A stretch of 64,000 bases of DNA. It comes from Leucoraja ocellata. Lineage: Eukaryota. The stretch covers positions 8,680,001 to 8,744,000 of the forward strand of contig JAWMAR010000061.1 in assembly GCA_036785375.1 (NCBI GenBank), given 5' to 3'. Positions 25,830-39,172 of this stretch are shown piece after piece. The notes below the pieces were generated by a model, which saw only the letters and a program-made list of their open reading frames with translations, was not told the origin of the DNA and did not search any database. The translations under genes and the position numbers were made by a program. How positions within the stretch are numbered: position 1 is the first letter of the stretch; the number at the start of each line of letters is the position of its first letter.

Positions 25830-26550
25830 AATAGCACCATCAATGATGTGTCTCACAAAGAGAGGCATGTCTGACCAACTCTTGACATTGTGTCATTATC
25901 ATTGGTGAATTATACTACCATCAATATCCTGGACATCCAAGCCAATGACAATAAGATGCAGCCCTGTGCCGAGTGACTTACCTCCTGACACCTCCGAACA
26001 TTTCCACCAAGTGAAAGGTACAAGTCCAGACCATTATGGAATCATTTCCACTTGTCTGGATGAGTGCAGCTGCAGCAACTACAAGAGGTTCAACACCATC
26101 AGAATGGCCCACTGCTGCTGACAGCTCAAGCAACTCGGGTTCAATCCTCCAGTACTGTTTGTGTGGCGATTGGATGTTCTCCCTGTGACTGCGTGGGTTT
26201 CCTCTGAGTGCTCCAGTTGTCTACCACATCCCAAAGATGGTTGGTTAATTGGCCAACTGGTTTATGTCCTATGTTATGTACAAATGTATTACGGTTATTC
26301 ATCTGAGCTATTTGGACTGCACTGACCAAAGTCGCGAGCTCCACCAACAAGAAAGGCAAGGGCAGCTGGCCTGGGAGAATACTGGCACCTGCAGATTCCC
26401 CTCCAAGTTGCATACATTCTGATTTGGAAATATATCTCTGGGTTTAAATGTTAAACATTCCTACCCAACAGCAGGAGGCCTAGATTTGTCCAGTAGTTAG
26501 AGGATGGGCAATAAATGGTGGCCTTGCCAGTGACACCCAGATATACACAA
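25830..26550 (+). mobile_element. Old LINE 3' region (CR1/L2-like) with an embedded V-SINE fragment at about 26135-26245
   Basis: Tail ggatgggcaataaatg...gccttgccagtgacacc, also seen decayed near 16300 and 59260. Confidence 0.55.
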
Positions 26551-26819
26551 TAAGAAAGTTCAATTCATCAATATATTTCACAGCTATTTTCATTGTTGAG
26601 CCGTTAACTCTCACTTTCACTTGCTTGCCGAAACATGTACAGTGTTCAATTTAAGGTGCAAGTTAATAATTGAGTGTTGAAAGAGTTGACTAATTACTTT
26701 ATGTAACACAAAGGAGAAGAGAGTGTAATCTAAGAAGCGTTTAAAAATTAATAATGTTAAATTGTTTTGAAGTATTTTACTTACAGCTCCAAATTATTTT
26801 GGATTTCTTTCTATTCTAC

Positions 26820-27160
26820 TGGAGGCGCTAAGTGAGGTGTACAAGATTATGAGCAGCCTGGGTTATGTGAATACTCTCGGTCTTTTCTAGAGGACATTGG
26901 GCATAAGATGAGAAGGGAGAGGGTTAAGAGGGACCTTGGGCAACTTTTTCACTCAGTGGGCAGTCCATATCTAGAATAAGCTGCCAGGAGAAGTTGTAGA
27001 AGCACATTGCGACTTTTGTAAGGTGTCTGGACAATTATATGAATAGGAAGGGTTTAGGAGGTGATGGGCAAAATGGGACTATGGCAGCATGCCATCGTGG
27101 TTGGCATGGGCAAGGTGGGATAAAAGGACAATTTCCATGCTGTACAGCTCTATGAATGAC
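26820..27160 (+). mobile_element. Decayed CR1 3' fragment
   Basis: gaggtgtacaagattatga...ttttcactcag...aataagctgccag. Confidence 0.7.
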
Positions 27161-27837
27161 TTAGATGGTGAGCTGTAAGGAAATCCTTAAAATGTAATTG
27201 AGTATGGAGCTGGAATTTTAATAGTTAAATTATATTTGTCTAATCTCCAAGAAGCAGACAGCCCTCTGATACTCACCTAATAGCTATTATTTGTACACTA
27301 GTCTTTATAACCACAGCAGCATAACAACTAAGCTTAATCATGATTTTGTGAATGGTGTTGTACAGCATATATCACACCATCTGGACAATCCAAAGTGTTC
27401 TACGCCTAATGAAAGGTAGTCACAGTTGTGGGTAAATAATTTAACTTTCTTTCTAAATGAAGGCAGCTTTTGATGGTGCCACACTTCCTCATTACTGCAA
27501 GGGATTGCCACCTTGAATTAAATGCTCCATTTGATGTATAGTTGAGCATGATTCCTGGGACAGAAAGTTGGGATGGAAATCCAGGACTCTACGCACCATT
27601 TCCTTTCCCTGCAACATGCAGTCTGCCCTGTCTATCCCAGGGAGAAGATGGTATTTGTTGCCTGAGCTGCTGAGCTCCAAGGTTTAGGACGCATCCTGAA
27701 GTACCTAGGTGTAAGTCTCAGCCTATGATGGTCATTGTGTTTACTCATGGCGATTGTCCCGATTGCTTATGCTGTTAAATCCAGAGAAATTTGCTTTCAC
27801 TCTGAATATTAATCATTATTAATACTACACTTTACAG

Positions 27838-27934
27838 GATTGACAAAGATTCTGTGAATCTGGAAAAATCCCCTGCTTTTTCCAAAGAAGATGAAGCTTT
27901 CAGAGAAAGATCATCACACGTAAAAGTAGCTGAT
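27838..27934 (+). CDS. MYO9A: MYO9A tail exon (IDKDSVNLEK...KEDE...HVKVAD)
   Basis: ttacag acceptor, gat|gtaagc donor, 97 nt, phase 2-0, bridges flanking frames. Confidence 0.88.
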
Positions 27935-28698
27935 GTAAGCACTTTAATCTTGTTTGGTAGACTGTGAAATTGTGGACATGGTGATGGAGGTGGTGAAGGG
28001 AGCACAAGTCTGTGGTGAATGAGGTTTATTCAAATTTAATCTTGTGCAATGCCCAGCAAGATCACAGCTTCAAACTGGACATTTGTGATTCTTTACCCGT
28101 GAGTTTTCATAATAAGCATGAAAGGATCCAATCTTTAAATTTGATTTCTTAATATTTTTCTTTTCCCCACGCCCCTATTACTGAACATGCAAACTGTTTT
28201 GGGTACATTGACATGGGTTCTACAGGAGAAAGTAGTCTTGCTGTATCAATCCCAAAGAGCTGCTGTTCATGAGTAAATTGTAGTGTTGAATATTATCAGT
28301 CTTTGACTGTTGTGGGCATGGATGGGGGCTCTTAATCAAAACTCAATTCAGTCACCATCAGCGTCCCCAACTTTACTTTTCAGCTGAAATTGCAGTATGG
28401 TCACCAGAAGAAATAACGTTCAATAATCCAGCAGTTATGCCATGTAACATGAAATGCCCTGACCTGTACGCCCTAACGCTACTATATATGGTCCTACTGT
28501 TCACAAGGTTCTTTGTATGTTTTTGTTAAGCATCTCAATGGCTTTGACCTCTTGCAGTATTTACAATCTTCACTGCTATGACTTGCCTTTTCTTTTGCCG
28601 TCAGTGTGTTTTGTGCAATCTTCCTCAGGGCTCATGGCGACCCATTGCATCATTTGGAGTTACATGTTTTGATTTTTGTATGTTATTCGGTCAATCAG

Positions 28699-28911
28699 GT
28701 TACAAGACCAGTGCACAAAAAGCGAGCCCGCATGGCGCGGACCCGCTCCGATTTCTTGACTAGGAGCACTAACGCTGAAGGGGAAGGAGAGACTGAGGAA
28801 GAGGAGAATGATGACCCCTCCAATGAACCCCCCCTCTCCCCCAACCAACCTAGATCTGAGCTGAGGCCCAAGGACAGTGCCGGACAGGCCTGTTACAGTG
28901 ACTCAGAAATG
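28699..28911 (+). CDS. MYO9A: MYO9A 71-codon symmetric exon, probably alternative (VTRPVHKKRARMARTRSDFLTR...SDSEM)
   Basis: aatcag acceptor, atg|gtaaat donor, 213 nt, phase 0-0; resembles the insert of the long mammalian MYO9A isoform as recalled. Confidence 0.9.
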
Positions 28912-31900
28912 GTAAATAAATTATGGCCAGTTGGGTGCAAGACAAATCTGGGAGCATCTCTTTGCTAACCCTTACTCTGGAGTAGAAAGCAATACTGACA
29001 TCTGGAACTGCTTAACCTCCCTCACCTATCCGATTTTAGAAGGTAACACTCAATACTTGAGCACAATGCCCTTTCCTGTGGATTACGGTGTCATATTAAC
29101 TCTGTTGTGTCCTGCAGTTAAATGTCTATACACATAGGTAATGACGCCCTGAACCCAAAAGATTTTCCAGCTTGTTTGTTGTGCACAATTTTAGTTGGAT
29201 TATTAACAATGATCCAATTGTTAAATTGCAGCAGACCAAGGTATAATACGCACAGCCCACATTATATGTATTGCAAATGGTTTATTTTTAATAATGAAGT
29301 GCAGATTTTAATGCCAGATCCCTGAATTCATGAACCAAATTACCAAGTTGGATTCTCTGCAGAATCTACATAAAAACATAAAATACTGGAAATACTCAGC
29401 AGGTAGCTTTTGTAAAATAGAAACATTGTTAGAGTTAATAATTGCTACCAATTCAGGTTAATGACCTATTATACCTGAGTATTTACAGCACTTTCTGTTT
29501 TTATTTCAGATTTGCAGCAACTGGAGATTTTTTTAGTTTAAAATTCCACAGATTATGATGTGTTATGCTAGTTTCTGAACCTTCACAAAAAACTTGTGTT
29601 GGTAGTCGTTAAGACAAAGAACATTGTTACTCACATTTGGTCTCTTGCCTGAGAATTTATATATTTTGTATTTGGTAAATTTTACCAACTCGAGATGCAG
29701 AACTTGCGTAACAATATTCATGTGCTTCCTATTGAAGCACTCATCTCTTGAATCATTCACTTTGTGTCATTAGTTCCGCGACTAATGACGCTGGTTGTTG
29801 TAGCTTTTCAACCTAAATAAACTCAATTGAAGCGATGCCTTTGGTTAACTGCGGCAGAACCAACTTCACAAGAAACTACTGCAGCCATCCAAAGAACCTA
29901 TCCCAACAAGATTCAACATTTTCAGGAAAAGGCGATATGAGATGAATATTGAAGATATCCCACAAAGCGAAGGATATATTGAGTAATGCTCTTTGTAATG
30001 TGATTGAGTGTTTCCTTTTAAAACAGTCATGTATTTGGTACTTAGATAACTCTTGCATTGGAAACCCCTGCTCAACTCTAGAAGATATAATCACGCTGTT
30101 GTTGAACTGGATGTGGGCCATTCCATTACTAAGACAATCATCCTCACTAGCACTTACTGCTTCCCTGGTTATTGCCCATCACAGAATTCACCTGGTCGAT
30201 TTTATTTACCAAATTACCGCATGTCACAGCTCAACTAATCACACTGCTTGGGTTGCACTTACGCCTACTTTGTCTCTTTCACACGTAACACCTAAAATCA
30301 ATTTATATTCTAATGTCTGAGTTTAATTAACAGCATGTGGGGTAGCTAACATCTCTTTATTTCCTTTCATGGGCAATTTTGGTGTTGACTTTGCAACTAA
30401 AAAAAAGTGCTGAAAAATTTAATTTCAACTTTTTAATAAGAGTGAAGTGTCAATGTTGGTTAATATGAATATTTTATATGTTGTATCTCTTGTGGATGTT
30501 TTTCATTATGGTTGCAATTTCATTTCCTACCCAAAGGTTATCCAACAATTTCTGACAAGGTAGGTCATGTGTGGACTAAGGGCCGTATTTTATAAGGTAC
30601 TAGATTCATTCAGGACGGTATGCTGCCACCTGTGTCTGACTCCCCAACCCTCTAATCCATGGCACTATCGATGAAGCAAATTTTCATCCCAATAACAGTG
30701 CTTGTTATTGTATAAAAATGGAAAATTCTGGAGAGAGTTAAGCAGGTCAGGCCTCATCTGTGGAAAGAGAAAGCTAATGTTGTTTTGTTGCCTTGTAGTT
30801 GAATTGTAATGCATATACAGTGTGGTTATTCAGCCATGTATTATATCCCCCCCCCTACCCTTACAGCCTGATGGATTCCAAACCGGCCACTTTGTACCCA
30901 TATGGAAATTGTGCTGGGAAAGAACATTATAAGCAAAAAACAGACTGCAAGATTCCAGCATTTGCAGCTTCTTCCTTCTCCACTTCAGTGTACTTTCTAA
31001 TAGCAGCTCATAATCAGTTCTAAAGTAAAGCTCTTCCTAGTATAAGCGATGAGAAGTTATTAAAACTACATTGTTCAGCTGTTTGGTTGTCAATCAGTTC
31101 ATTAGATGCTTGGTGCGGAGAAGACAAGGCAAACTATTGACCGTTGAAGTAAAGTTCCAAGTTACGCACAAGCTTAGAGTTCACTAGTGAAGGAAACTGC
31201 GGTGTGTCTTTGGTGGTAATCACAGCTTCTTCATTGGGTAAAATCAATGAAGTGCAGTGGAATGGTTCAACACACTTTCTACACTATTACTGATATAACA
31301 TAGGGGATTTTTTAAAAGCCTGACAATTAAGGTACTTGAACTTTATATGTATTTTGCCTGACATTCTGAGTTCATCATCATGGATAGCAAGTCTCTACTG
31401 ATTGGTCAGACGTTACGTAGCAGGATGCTTTCTCCAGACATGATCACAAACAGGAGTGTCAGTATTTATAGTTGTACCCCTGAATGCTTCCCACCATTCG
31501 TTAAATTTTATTACAATTCCCGTGACAAGGCTGAATAATGCCCTCTTACAAATGTGGATGAGGGGTAATAAAAGCCCACATTTTCCAAATGGTTCAAAGG
31601 GTCTGACAAAAGAATGTCTTCACAGAGTTTGAGCAGAGAGGATTTGCAGATCTCACATCCTTGAAATATTATTTAAGGTGACCCCAAAGAAGTATGTTTA
31701 ATATTTACAGAGTGGCACAGTTGAAGCTACAGAGGTAATTGGGTAAATCTGACATCCTTTGTGACAAGAGTTAAGAGAGGCCTGGCTGAATGTCACTTGC
31801 ACAGACACATTGTTCTGCCAATAATTTATTTCCCCATCCTGTCTTAATTAAGCTCCCCTCCCAAAAGATTGGTTTTGCTTTGGTTATGTGTTAGAATGTA

Positions 31901-32843
31901 GAGGACGTATTTTGTAGCAGATTGTCGTGGAATGCAGTGTAAGATGGGGGTGTACCTTATGAACAAAGCAGTATGTCTGTACAATGGTGCAGATTTTTGC
32001 AAGAGGCATATTGCCGCATTGTCCTTAAAATTAAATAAAGTTAGCGTGAGAATTAGGTGTAAACCATGCTGCCTCTTGAACGTGGAACATTGAACAGCAC
32101 AACACAGGAACAGCCCCTCCAGCCCACAATGTCTGTACATAATCAATATCCCTCTATTCCCTGCATAATCTATGTGCCTATCCAAACGTCTCTTCATCAT
32201 CATGCCACTGCCATATCTGCCCTGACTTTTAGGTTCTTGACTTCTAATTAGTTGGGGTGTGTTTTGTGAAATAGTTTCAGATAAAGGAGAAAACGTGCTT
32301 GTTAGTGATTCAAAAGTGATAACATTGAGGTTTAATTTCAATTTTGTGTGTATATGATTTGTTTTTTTAAATCAATCACAGCAATTATTATATACAATGC
32401 AGTTTTGGGGGTAACATTTCCTTTGAAGTCAAAACCTGGATCTTTACTTGAAGAAGAACAATGTGATCGCCCCTCTGTGAATTTGCATGGACCAGTGTGC
32501 AGTGAGACCGGTCACAAGCCAATACTAATGACACACTGCCACCCTCAGGCTTCCGTGGGCACTAGCTGTCTTCTTTCACATATCACCCATGATAGATAAC
32601 CTTTGCATTGTTTCATAGCAGCTGCTCGTCCTTTGTTCAAATCAGTCATATAATTTAAGTGTATAGAATTTCAGCGGGTGTGAAAAAAGATTTATAATTT
32701 ATTAAAATAATATCTTTACAAAAAGAAAGTACAGGATTTAATTTCATATTGGTCGAGTGTGTGTTCTGAGTCTTACAGCTGAGTAAGTAATTGAGAGGGA
32801 ATCATGAAGCTCTGTTTGAAGTGAAATTGCCTTTATGGAGCAG

Positions 32844-32990
32844 AATGTTTAAGAAAGAACTGCAGATGCTGGAAAAATCGAAGGTAGACAAAAATACTGG
32901 AGAAACTCAGCGGGTGAGGCAGCATCTATGGTCTTTCACTCCATAGATGCTGCCTCACCTTCTGAGTTTCTCCAACATTTTTGTCTCCCT
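32844..32990. mobile_element. Miniature fold-back Penelope-like insertion
   Basis: 46-bp inverted arms; flanked by tttatggagcag at 32832-32843 and 32991-33002. Confidence 0.85.
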
Positions 32991-33871
32991 TTTATGGAGC
33001 AGTAGATGTATACAGAGCATTTAGAGTAGGATTGCTCAATCACAGGCACACTTAATTTCATGGAAGGACTCTCAGAGCAATGGAAGATAGACACAAAATG
33101 CTGATTTTGAGTGAAGAAGTGTTTCAGTGTACTCATTCTTGTTCAATGCAGGAACCTTTTTTGATTTAGCTTATCAGAAATATTCCTTGAAGTTTACCCT
33201 CCACTTTTCACAAAATGTAACATATTTGTACTAAACCCATAAACAAAACCATGGTTAACAATTGCATCAAAACTAATGAGTTCCGGAAGTTTTTTCCCAT
33301 TTTGGATGTGTCAGTTAGTAATACATCTAATAAAGGAGCATTATTTAACTTTACCAAGATGAACATTTGGCATATGAGCAGTACTCAATCCATCCATGAG
33401 TAGACCAACCTTCAGGTTCTGCAAGTGCCCAGAAACTTTACCCCTCATTACTTAATTTCAATTTGTGTGAAGCTTTCTTAGTCTTTCAAGGTGGACGTAA
33501 TGTGTACTAACTTTCGAAATTTGAAGATAAGCTGACTTTACTCATCAGAAGAGATGAGCCTTTTATTCAGCCACAAGGTTCTTTATAATAAAGTGCTTAC
33601 CAGTTGAATCATATAAAGTCAAATTTCAGATTTGTATTCTAAGGATTCAATTCCCTGATCACCAGTCCCCTGCTTTCATTCAGTTTAAAAGTATGTGGTC
33701 TTTGAATTGATATTCATTTATATGTTTCCAGTGACCAAAATGCATTTTAAATGTAGAATTCTGCAAACAAACAAAAAAGATTTTATTTTTTAATCAGTAA
33801 ACTGCCAAATTAATCGTAGGCAAATATGGTCAATAATCTCAATAGTGTTAGCTTCTATTCTGTGTTTGCAG

Positions 33872-33978
33872 ATGCAATCTACTAAAAACGCAGAGCAGAA
33901 GAAACTGCACAAAGCTCAATCTCAAGATGAATTGGGTAGATCGGACTCTATTCGGAAGAGTAACGTCCCAGATGGAAG
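33872..33978 (+). CDS. MYO9A: MYO9A tail exon (MQSTKNAEQKKLHKAQSQDE...DGR)
   Basis: ttgcag acceptor, ag|gtgaga donor, 107 nt, phase 0-2. Confidence 0.92.
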
Positions 33979-34027
33979 GTGAGAGTGTTTATTTCACATT
34001 GGTGCTAATTGGGCAAGATTTGAAGTG

Positions 34028-34152
34028 TGGAAAGGAACTGCAGACGCTAGTTTAAACCGAAGATAGACACAAAATGCTGGAGTAACTCAGTGGGACAGGC
34101 AGCATCTGTGGAGAGAAGGAATGGGTGATGTTTCGGGTCAAGACCCTTCTTC
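34028..34152 (-). mobile_element. Penelope-like terminus with 12-bp target-site duplication
   Basis: agatttgaagtg at 34016-34027 and 34153-34164; a second short copy at about 34221-34303. Confidence 0.8.
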
Positions 34153-34879
34153 AGATTTGAAGTGCTTCAGGTCATCCTTCAGTCTGCTGCAGAGTGGAAC
34201 CAGACATTGTCATTAGTTGGCACACAAAAGTGCTGGAGAAACTCAGCGGGTGCAGCAGCATCTATGGAGCGAAGGAAATAGGCCACGTTTCGGGCTGAAA
34301 CCTTCATTAGTTATACGTGTTCTTGTAATAGTGATTCAAGGCTGAACAAATTGCAAATATATTCAGTTTGTGGTCACAGCAAACTAGATCTATTATTTCT
34401 AATAGTTAAATTAAGATAAAAAGAAAATGTGCTGAGTTTTAAATTTTCTGCCACGTCATCTGGAAGCAAAATGGGTACTCGTACATGTTTCAGTCCAGAA
34501 CTTTTAAGATTCCGGTGACCAAAGATGAGTTGTTTTTTTCCTCTGATTTTCTACCTGTTTCAGTTAATGAATCGTGAGTTGTGCTCCCCACTTAGTTTCC
34601 AATTAGTTGTCGCTCAAAGTTTTAATTGAACTGCTGAAAACTAGACATGTTTACTTAAAATTCTGGTTCCCTAAACCTTTTCGGCTCACATTTTCAGTGT
34701 TATATAAAAGGGTTTCTGAAAAACCAGCAGCATTGATTCAAACCGCTGCCAGTATTTTGATGCCTCCAGCTGATCACTGGAGTATTTCTGATCTGTAGCC
34801 ATCACCTGTTTTTCAAGTAAAAGTTTGTGAGGAAGCTGAAAATCATGACTGAAATGAATAACGAATAATTCAGAATAAA

Positions 34880-35072
34880 AGACACAATGCGCTGGTGTAA
34901 CTCAGTGGGTCAGGTAGCGTCTCTGAAGAATGTGGATAGGTGACACTTTGGGTCGGGGGGCCCTGCTTCAGTCTGAAACGTCACCTATCCATGTTCTCTG
35001 GAGATGTTGCCTGACCCGCTGAATTACTTCAGCACTTTGTCTTTTACTGTAAACCAGCATCTGCCGTTCCTT
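34880..35072. mobile_element. Fold-back Penelope-like terminus pair
   Basis: Inverted arms meeting at about 34970. Confidence 0.75.
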
Positions 35073-35173
35073 GTTTTCAACAATTTATTCCCGGTTGGAG
35101 TTTACTGTGGGTGTCTTTTTTTGATCTAAATTCACCAATGTATGTTTCTCTGACGTTTGATTTCTAAATGTAG

Positions 35174-35379
35174 AGCTCTGAAGGGTCGAATGAAATTCTG
35201 GGGAAATAAAAAACAGGGAGAAAAGAAATTGTCAAGGGAGAAACTGGCTACCCAGTCAGAACTCCAGGAACTGAGTATGGATCAGGACATACAGACACCA
35301 CCGTGGCACCAGGAGGTGAAACCGAGTGGGAAATCACGCAGCCTACCACAGCTGGAAGGAAAGGACAGTATGTTGAAAG
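35174..35379 (+). CDS. MYO9A: MYO9A tail exon (ALKGRMKFWGNKKQGEKK...SMLK); possible shorter donor after 35315
   Basis: tgtag acceptor, g|gtaaaa donor, 206 nt, phase 2-1. Confidence 0.85.
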
Positions 35380-37282
35380 GTAAAATAAATAAATAACTCA
35401 TTTAAAACTTGTTACTATTTATCAAATACTTGGTGTTTTACAGAAATCCTTCACGATTCTTCCTATATGGTTATTGAGACACATCGCAGAAGCAATTTTT
35501 GCTTGTAGCACTTTCACAAGGAAGTGTTATAAATATAATTTACATGTTTGGAAAAGCATTGGCCAGGGCACTAGTTTAACCTGTTTCCTTTACAGTACCA
35601 AACAGATTTGTTGCAAACTGATTTGGAAAATTCTGCCTACAATATTAAGGATTATTAACCCATCTTTGGTTGCTGAAGCTTTTGATATGTTCAGCTGCTT
35701 ACATTCACACTTGGAGACTATATATGGAATGTTAATCAATTCTTTTCCTTAAGATTGTATTTTCCTGTGACTGATTGTGTTCTGTATTTATTCACCGCGA
35801 GGCAAATGTGGTTTATATTTAAAGTTCTTTTTTTATTCCATGAAACTTAGTGAAGATTGGAAGCACAATGACGATCTTGTTGCCTGAAATTGACAGCTAG
35901 ATCGTATTGGAAGGAGTGTCATGAACCCATTGATTGTACATTCATCATGTAACAAAACTTCAACTCAATCATCTCACTCAAAATTTGAACCAAAATTATA
36001 TGGTTCAAATCCCATTCTCACCTTAAACTGTAGCTGCTGCTGCTGCCGGCACTGACGATGGCTGCCACGGTGTACTGCTGCACCAAGACAATTTCCTTGC
36101 ATGTGAATTCTTGGCCAAGAAACGTATTCATTCTTATTCATTCATATGGTAGAATCGAGTTGCATGCAACCTGCCTTCCACTAAGTTGGGCTGGACGAGG
36201 AAGTCTGAATGAGCTGATCCTCTACATCTGGGAGGCATAGCAAGGTGTCTGAACCCCGCAAATGACAAGGGAAAGGCTAGGGATGGAACCTTGTTTTGTT
36301 AAACAATTTCATGTGATGGATGTGCAGCAACATTTAAAAAACCAAGACTATTTAAATAATTAAAATTAAAAGTTTAAAAATAAAAAGTACTAAATACAAA
36401 ACACTTGGGAATGACTAAAAATAATGATAAATATAACCAGGGGTACCTTTAACTAATCTACAGGCCGGGAATCCCAATTTGAATTGAATTGCTGTTCTTA
36501 TGCCAGGTCTGATGGGCATAGGATCTGAAGATGGATTGTGCAGTGTAAGGCGTGATTAGGCTTCACTTGGTTATGGCTGGAATGATAGATGCCCTGTAAA
36601 CCACAAACTTGTAGTACTTTGAAGAAAAGGGCACAAGCCCGGTCAACTTGATTTGGCCATATATCGTCTCAATATTCAAACAAAATGCCTTTCATCCCAT
36701 CTGGGGCAGGAGTTAACAGAATCTTAGACTCCTTTAATGTCTGTAACGGTGCCTTTAATAGATTTAATGTGCCTTTTAAGCCTCAGACAATCTCCGCCAA
36801 CCTCAGGGCACAATTTGCATGCTCAACTCTTAATTTGAATTTAAAAGTTAATCTTAGAAAGTTAATTAATGCTGCAGTACATCCCCAAGGAAGTATAAAA
36901 TCAAAGGGAAGGAATGAAATAAAGTACAAAGTCTCATTTTTAAAAAGTTATGTAAGTTGGCAATACCACAGGGCAGGTTGCAATGGGATGGAGGATGTAC
37001 TCACTCTGAATGAAAGCACTGCAATGTCAGATTTCAGGCTACTTAGTCAAATGCATTCTCACTTTGAACTATAATTTAGTGTGCATTTTCAGACTAATTG
37101 AACCCAAATGGTTAATTTATTAGGAATGTTCACATTGCAGGGGGAAAGATTTTAAAGGAATTCGAGGGCCAATTTTTTTTACATAAAGGGTGGTAAATGT
37201 ATGGAACAAGCTGCCTGAGGAGGTAGTTGAGGTAGATACTATCACAAAATTTATGAAACATTTAGATAGGTACATGAAGATA

Positions 37283-37648
37283 GACACAAATTGCTCAAGT
37301 AAATGCGGAACATACAGCATCTCTGGAGAGAAGGAGTGGGTGACGTTTCGGGCCGAGACCCTTCTTCAGACTGGTGCCAGGGGCGAGGGAGATGCATTGA
37401 TAAGGAAATGTAAATGTAAAAATAGGACAGAGAGACTGGAGATCAAGGAAAATGTAGAATAGATCATTGTTTGCTGGGAGAAGATAACAAAGCAAACAGA
37501 GACAGTACGACTGATCGGAGAACTGGGAAGGGGAGGGATGGAAAGAGGGAAAGCAAGGGTTACTTGAAGTTAGTGAAGTCAATGTTCGCTGCCTAATGAA
37601 ACATGAGGTGCTGTTCCTCTAATTTGCACTGGGCCTCACTCTGACAGA
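37283..37648 (-). mobile_element. Penelope-like element 3' fragment with intact hammerhead core
   Basis: Reverse complement of the 8700-9120 sequence with internal deletions; CTGAAGAAGGGTCTCGGCCCGAAACGTC on minus strand at 37342-37369. Confidence 0.85.
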
Positions 37649-38506
37649 GAGTGACAAGGTTTCTGAGGTTAGTGTAGAAAAGTAGCATTGAGGTAGAAGT
37701 TCAGACATCTTATTGAATGATGGAGCATGAGCAAGGTGGACTATTCCTGTGACAAGTTTACATTTTATGTGATTAATACTTTCAAATTCCTTGCTTTGAA
37801 TTGAATTTTATATTCCCGGATAACATGCTTGTGCTCGTACGAGATTGAAAAGGAATACGGTACATTTACATACACTCAATGTTTGGTTTAACGGGTATAT
37901 AGAATTGATCGGGACTATTAATGTGGGATTTTATTTTGAATTTGGAAAATTTGAAAGTTTGACCAAGTTCACCAGTTTTTGAAAGATATATTGAACTGTA
38001 AAAAGAAAATGGAGATTTCTTTATATAATTAATGGCAAAAACTGAAGGCTGAAGAGCACACCAGTTCATATGTTGGGTGTTGAGAAATATAAATATAGCA
38101 ATAATGAACCTATTGTTGCAGTCCTTATTTGGGGTCTTCAATAGTAAAGCATGACAACAGAATTAAGGGCATATCTATCCCTGCTGTTATGCATTTCGTG
38201 AGGAATTTAATAAAAGTAGAACTATTTAATAAGTTTAGAGCTTTTCCTATTTCTTCCTCTGGGGATGTTCTTGGCCTCGGCTTAGCACAATAAACTGAAG
38301 CGATCAGCAAAGTTACATAATTAAAACTGGGAGCTCTTGGTACAATCAATACAGGCAAAATAAATGCCAATATTCTTGTCGGCTAAAGTTCCTGAATATA
38401 TCCTTGCGATTGTAACATAATATTGAATGATTGATGAGAAAAAAACAATGCGTTTGTTGCAGAGATGAGTTTGGTGATGCTTTTGAACTTTGCTGTTCTC
38501 TCGCAG

Positions 38507-38736
38507 GTCAGGCTCCTTCACCTCCGAACCTAACTCCTCCTCGAAGTCCTGATTTAGGAACAGAGCGAGGGAAGGAGTTCAAAGAGAACAGAGAACCGTC
38601 ACCAAAAGTGAAGAGAAGGAGAAGTGTGAAGATCAGCAATGTAGGCCTGGAGCTCTTTCAGTTGCAGCATGACACCTTACAGATCATCACTTGTGCCAAT
38701 GATTTCAAGTGTATGAATGAATTCCTGCAGAAGAAG
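38507..38736 (+). CDS. MYO9A: MYO9A tail exon (GQAPSPP...KEFKENREPSPKVKRRRSVKIS...EFLQKK)
   Basis: tcgcag acceptor, aag|gtaaat donor, 230 nt, phase 1-0. Confidence 0.93.
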
Positions 38737-39172
38737 GTAAATATGAAGCCATATGTTCACCAGTCTTCAGATCTGTGCAATGAAATATTGGCAGAGGTGG
38801 TGCAGTGAGGTGGGATGGCATCTTTTGTCCCTGGATCCAAGTTCCCATCTAGACCAGACAAAAGGCAGGAGGCATTTTATTGTCCTGCATTTGTAAATGA
38901 GTTTGGACAATTACAGGACAGTTCATAATGGATTGAGACTGGGCTGGGAGAAGTAAAGGGTTGGTTAGGAGGTATGTTGTATGGACAGTGCATTTTACTT
39001 TGCATCATAGTAGCATAATACTACGACTGTACATACTACCAAGACATTGGAAAATGTTCAACTGCAATGCTGAAAATGTAATTTTCCAACCATGTATAAT
39101 CTTCTGATGAAATATGGATGTTCTCATGCTAACCATTGCTCACGTCAATACTTAAGAGTATTCTACTTGCAG

